In this document: positions 62,107-64,000 of the stretch, in pieces
How the letters are laid out: each line of letters opens with the position of its first letter
How positions within the stretch are numbered: position 1 is the first letter of the stretch
DNA from: an uncultured Candidatus Rokubacteria bacterium
Lineage (GTDB): Bacteria; Methylomirabilota; Methylomirabilia; Rokubacteriales; CSP1-6
DNA length: 64,000 nucleotides
Assembly (NCBI GenBank): GCA_963747235.1
Contig: CAVVEU010000020.1
Coordinates: 1 to 64,000 of the forward strand
Direction of reading: 5' to 3'
Notes under the pieces: generated by a model
Seen by the model: only the letters and a program-made list of their open reading frames with translations
Database searches by the model: none
Told to the model about the DNA's origin: nothing
Made by a program: the position numbers and the translations under genes

Positions 62107-63196
62107 GGATGATGTCGGCTTCGAGCAGCCAGTCGGTGCCGACCGGGCGGGTGGTCATGTTGGTCAGGTGGAGCGCGGTGGGGAGGGTGAGGCCGGGGCC
62201 GCCGATCGGCGTGGGCGCTTCGGCGCCTCCCAGGAGCGTGGGGGCCACGAAGGCGGCGACGCGATCCACCAGGCCGGCCTGGACGAAGGCGCCGGTCAGC
62301 TCGCCGCCCGCTTCGAGGAGCACCGCGGTCACGTCGAGGGCGAAGAGGCGCGCGGCGAGATCGGCCACGTCCACCCGGCCCTCCCGTGACTTGCACGCCA
62401 GCACGGTCACGCCCGCCGACTCGAGCGCGGCGAGCCGCTGCGGCGGCGCCGCCTCTCCGACCGCCACCAGGACGCGCGACCGGCTGCCGGTCTGGAGCAG
62501 CTTCGCGTCGAGCGGCAGGCGCGCGCGGCTGTCCACCACCACGCGGTACGGCTCCCGCGGCCACGGGTCGAGCAGGCGCACGGTCAGCGCGGGATCGTCG
62601 GCGAGCACGGTGCCGATGCCGGTCACGATCGCGTCGCTCTGGCTGCGGAGGCGATGGCCTTCCAGGCGCGCCGCCTCGCCGGTGATCCACTGCGAGTGGC
62701 GGTCGAAGGCCGCGATCTTCCCGTCGAGTGTCATGGCCCACTTGACGGTGACGTGGGGGCGCTGCCGCTCGACGGCGGTGAAGAACGTCCGGTTGAGCGC
62801 GCGTGCGTCCCGCTCGAGGCAGGGTGTCGTGACCTCGATGCCCGCGGCGACGAGGGCGGCGGCTCCCCCGCCCTGCACCCGCGGGTTGGAATCCCGCGTG
62901 GCCGACACGACCCGCCGGATCCCGGCGCGCATGATCGCCTCCACGCAGGGTGGCGTCCGCCCCACGTGGTTGCACGGCTCGAGCGTCACGTAGAGGGTGG
63001 CGCCCCGCGCCCGTGGGCCCGCCTCGGCCAGTGCGGCCGCCTCCGCGTGAGCCGCGCCCGCCCGCTCGTGGAAGCGCTCGGCCAGGAGGGTCCCATCCCG
63101 TACCACGATCGCGCCCACCATGGGGTTGGGTGACGTGAGGCCGCGCCCCCGCGCCGCCAGGGTGAGGGCCCGCGTCATCCACTCGAGATCGGTCAT
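62099..63196 (-). CDS. ribD: Bifunctional riboflavin deaminase/reductase RibD
   Basis: TSPNPMVG, HAE, TLEPCNHVGRTPPC, SQWIT, TVLADDP. Confidence 0.96.
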   Translation of the reverse strand: MTDLEWMTRALTLAARGRGLTSPNPMVGAIVVRDGTLLAERFHERAGAAHAEAAALAEAGPRARGATLYVTLEPCNHVGRTPPCVEAIMRAGIRRVVSATRDSNPRVQGGGAAALVAAGIEVTTPCLERDARALNRTFFTAVERQRPHVTVKWAMTLDGKIAAFDRHSQWITGEAARLEGHRLRSQSDAIVTGIGTVLADDPALTVRLLDPWPREPYRVVVDSRARLPLDAKLLQTGSRSRVLVAVGEAAPPQRLAALESAGVTVLACKSREGRVDVADLAARLFALDVTAVLLEAGGELTGAFVQAGLVDRVAAFVAPTLLGGAEAPTPIGGPGLTLPTALHLTNMTTRPVGTDWLLEADIIHD

Positions 63197-63235
63197 GGCG
63201 TCGTCCGGGTGCCGCCTGCCACCCGGGCAGGCATT

Positions 63236-64000
63236 TTACCCCGCTTGCTGCGGCTCCGACTGCTCGACCTGCTGTTCACCAAGGACGGCGTCCACGAAGG
63301 TCTTCGGGTCGAAGACCTGGAGATCCTCGATCTGCTCGCCGACCCCGACCAGCTTGATCGGCACCCCGAGCTCCTGGTGGATGCGGATCGCGATGCCGCC
63401 CTTGGCGGTGCCGTCGAGCTTGGTGAGCACGAGGCCGGTGAGCCCGACCGCCTCGTGGAACATGCGCGCCTGCTGGAGCCCGTTCTGGCCGGTGGGCGCT
63501 TCCAGCACCATCAGCGACTCGTGGGGGGCGCCGGGCATCTGGCGGCCCAACACGCGCTTGAGCTTGCCGAGCTCGTCCATGAGGTTGGACTTGGTGTGCA
63601 GGCGCCCGGCGGTGTCCACCAGCAGCACGTCCACGTCGCGCGAGGTGGCCGCCTTCACCGCGTCGAACACCACCGCGGCCGGGTCGGCGCCCGCGACCTG
63701 GTGGATGACGTCCACGTCGATCCGGCGGCCCCACTCCTGGAGCTGCTCGATCGCGGCGGCGCGGAACGTGTCGGCGGCGGCCATCAGCACGCGCTTGCCG
63801 TCGGCCTTGAGCGAGGCGGCCATCTTCGCGGTGCTGGTGGTCTTGCCCGCCCCGTTGACGCCCAGCATGAGGATGACGGTGGGATGCGCGTCCAGGATCA
63901 GCGGGGCGGCCGCGCCCGCGAGGGCCTCCTCGAGGAAGCGATGCAGCGACGCGCGCACGTCCTGGGTGGTCACCACGCGGCCCCGCTTGATCTCGTCCCG
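63236..64000 (-). CDS. ftsY: Signal recognition particle receptor FtsY (5' end outside the window)
   Basis: [40 protein letters not shown]. Confidence 0.94.
   Translation of the reverse strand, partial: RDEIKRGRVVTTQDVRASLHRFLEEALAGAAAPLILDAHPTVILMLGVNGAGKTTSTAKMAASLKADGKRVLMAAADTFRAAAIEQLQEWGRRIDVDVIHQVAGADPAAVVFDAVKAATSRDVDVLLVDTAGRLHTKSNLMDELGKLKRVLGRQMPGAPHESLMVLEAPTGQNGLQQARMFHEAVGLTGLVLTKLDGTAKGGIAIRIHQELGVPIKLVGVGEQIEDLQVFDPKTFVDAVLGEQQVEQSEPQQAG

Noticed and set aside
63205-63235. Terminator between ftsY and ribD
   Set aside because: A GCCTGCC/GGCAGGC stem exists, but the T tract is on the + strand, the wrong orientation for ftsY

Overview
A very GC-rich bacterial core-genome segment. 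Gene content and order suggest a diderm, possibly Ca. Rokubacteria/Methylomirabilota, but this is inference and was not tested. Every gene except the first (a + strand SAM methyltransferase) lies on the minus strand, most linked by overlapping stop/start codons. In transcription order: ftsY (partial), ribD-ribE-ribBA-ribH-nusB, metallophosphoesterase, lnt, prfB (programmed +1 frameshift), lysS, lolC/E-lolD, clpC, bamA-skp-lpxD-lpxA-Gfo/Idh/MocA-lpxI-lpxB-DUF374-waaA-lpxK-waaF, five GT4 genes, gmhB-rfaE1-rfaE2-waaC-GT2, trpS-scpA-scpB-rluB, pheA-hisC-tyrA-cmk-plsC-rpsA-sppA-ihfB-HIT-mutS-mutL-miaA-hflX, pgsA-DUF512 radical SAM-der, SPOR-ihfA-merR-tRNA-Pro(GGG)-surE-pcm-tRNA-Pro(CGG)-acyP-nlpD-rpoS-like sigma-XRE-hypothetical. 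About 12 conserved genes carry small frameshifts, most likely uncorrected long-read indels. The most unusual signal is a dispersed ~45-75 bp palindromic element (10-bp GC hairpin TGCGGGGGCC-loop-GGCCCCCGCA plus a GTCCGCGGAC palindrome) in four copies. One is translated in frame inside the MutL linker; the other three lie in small ORFs whose start codons overlap the upstream gene's stop. One of these ORFs (trpS-scpA, 66 aa, built on 3 x 39-bp repeats) is coupled by ATGA overlaps at both ends. No transposase, integrase or CRISPR array was found.
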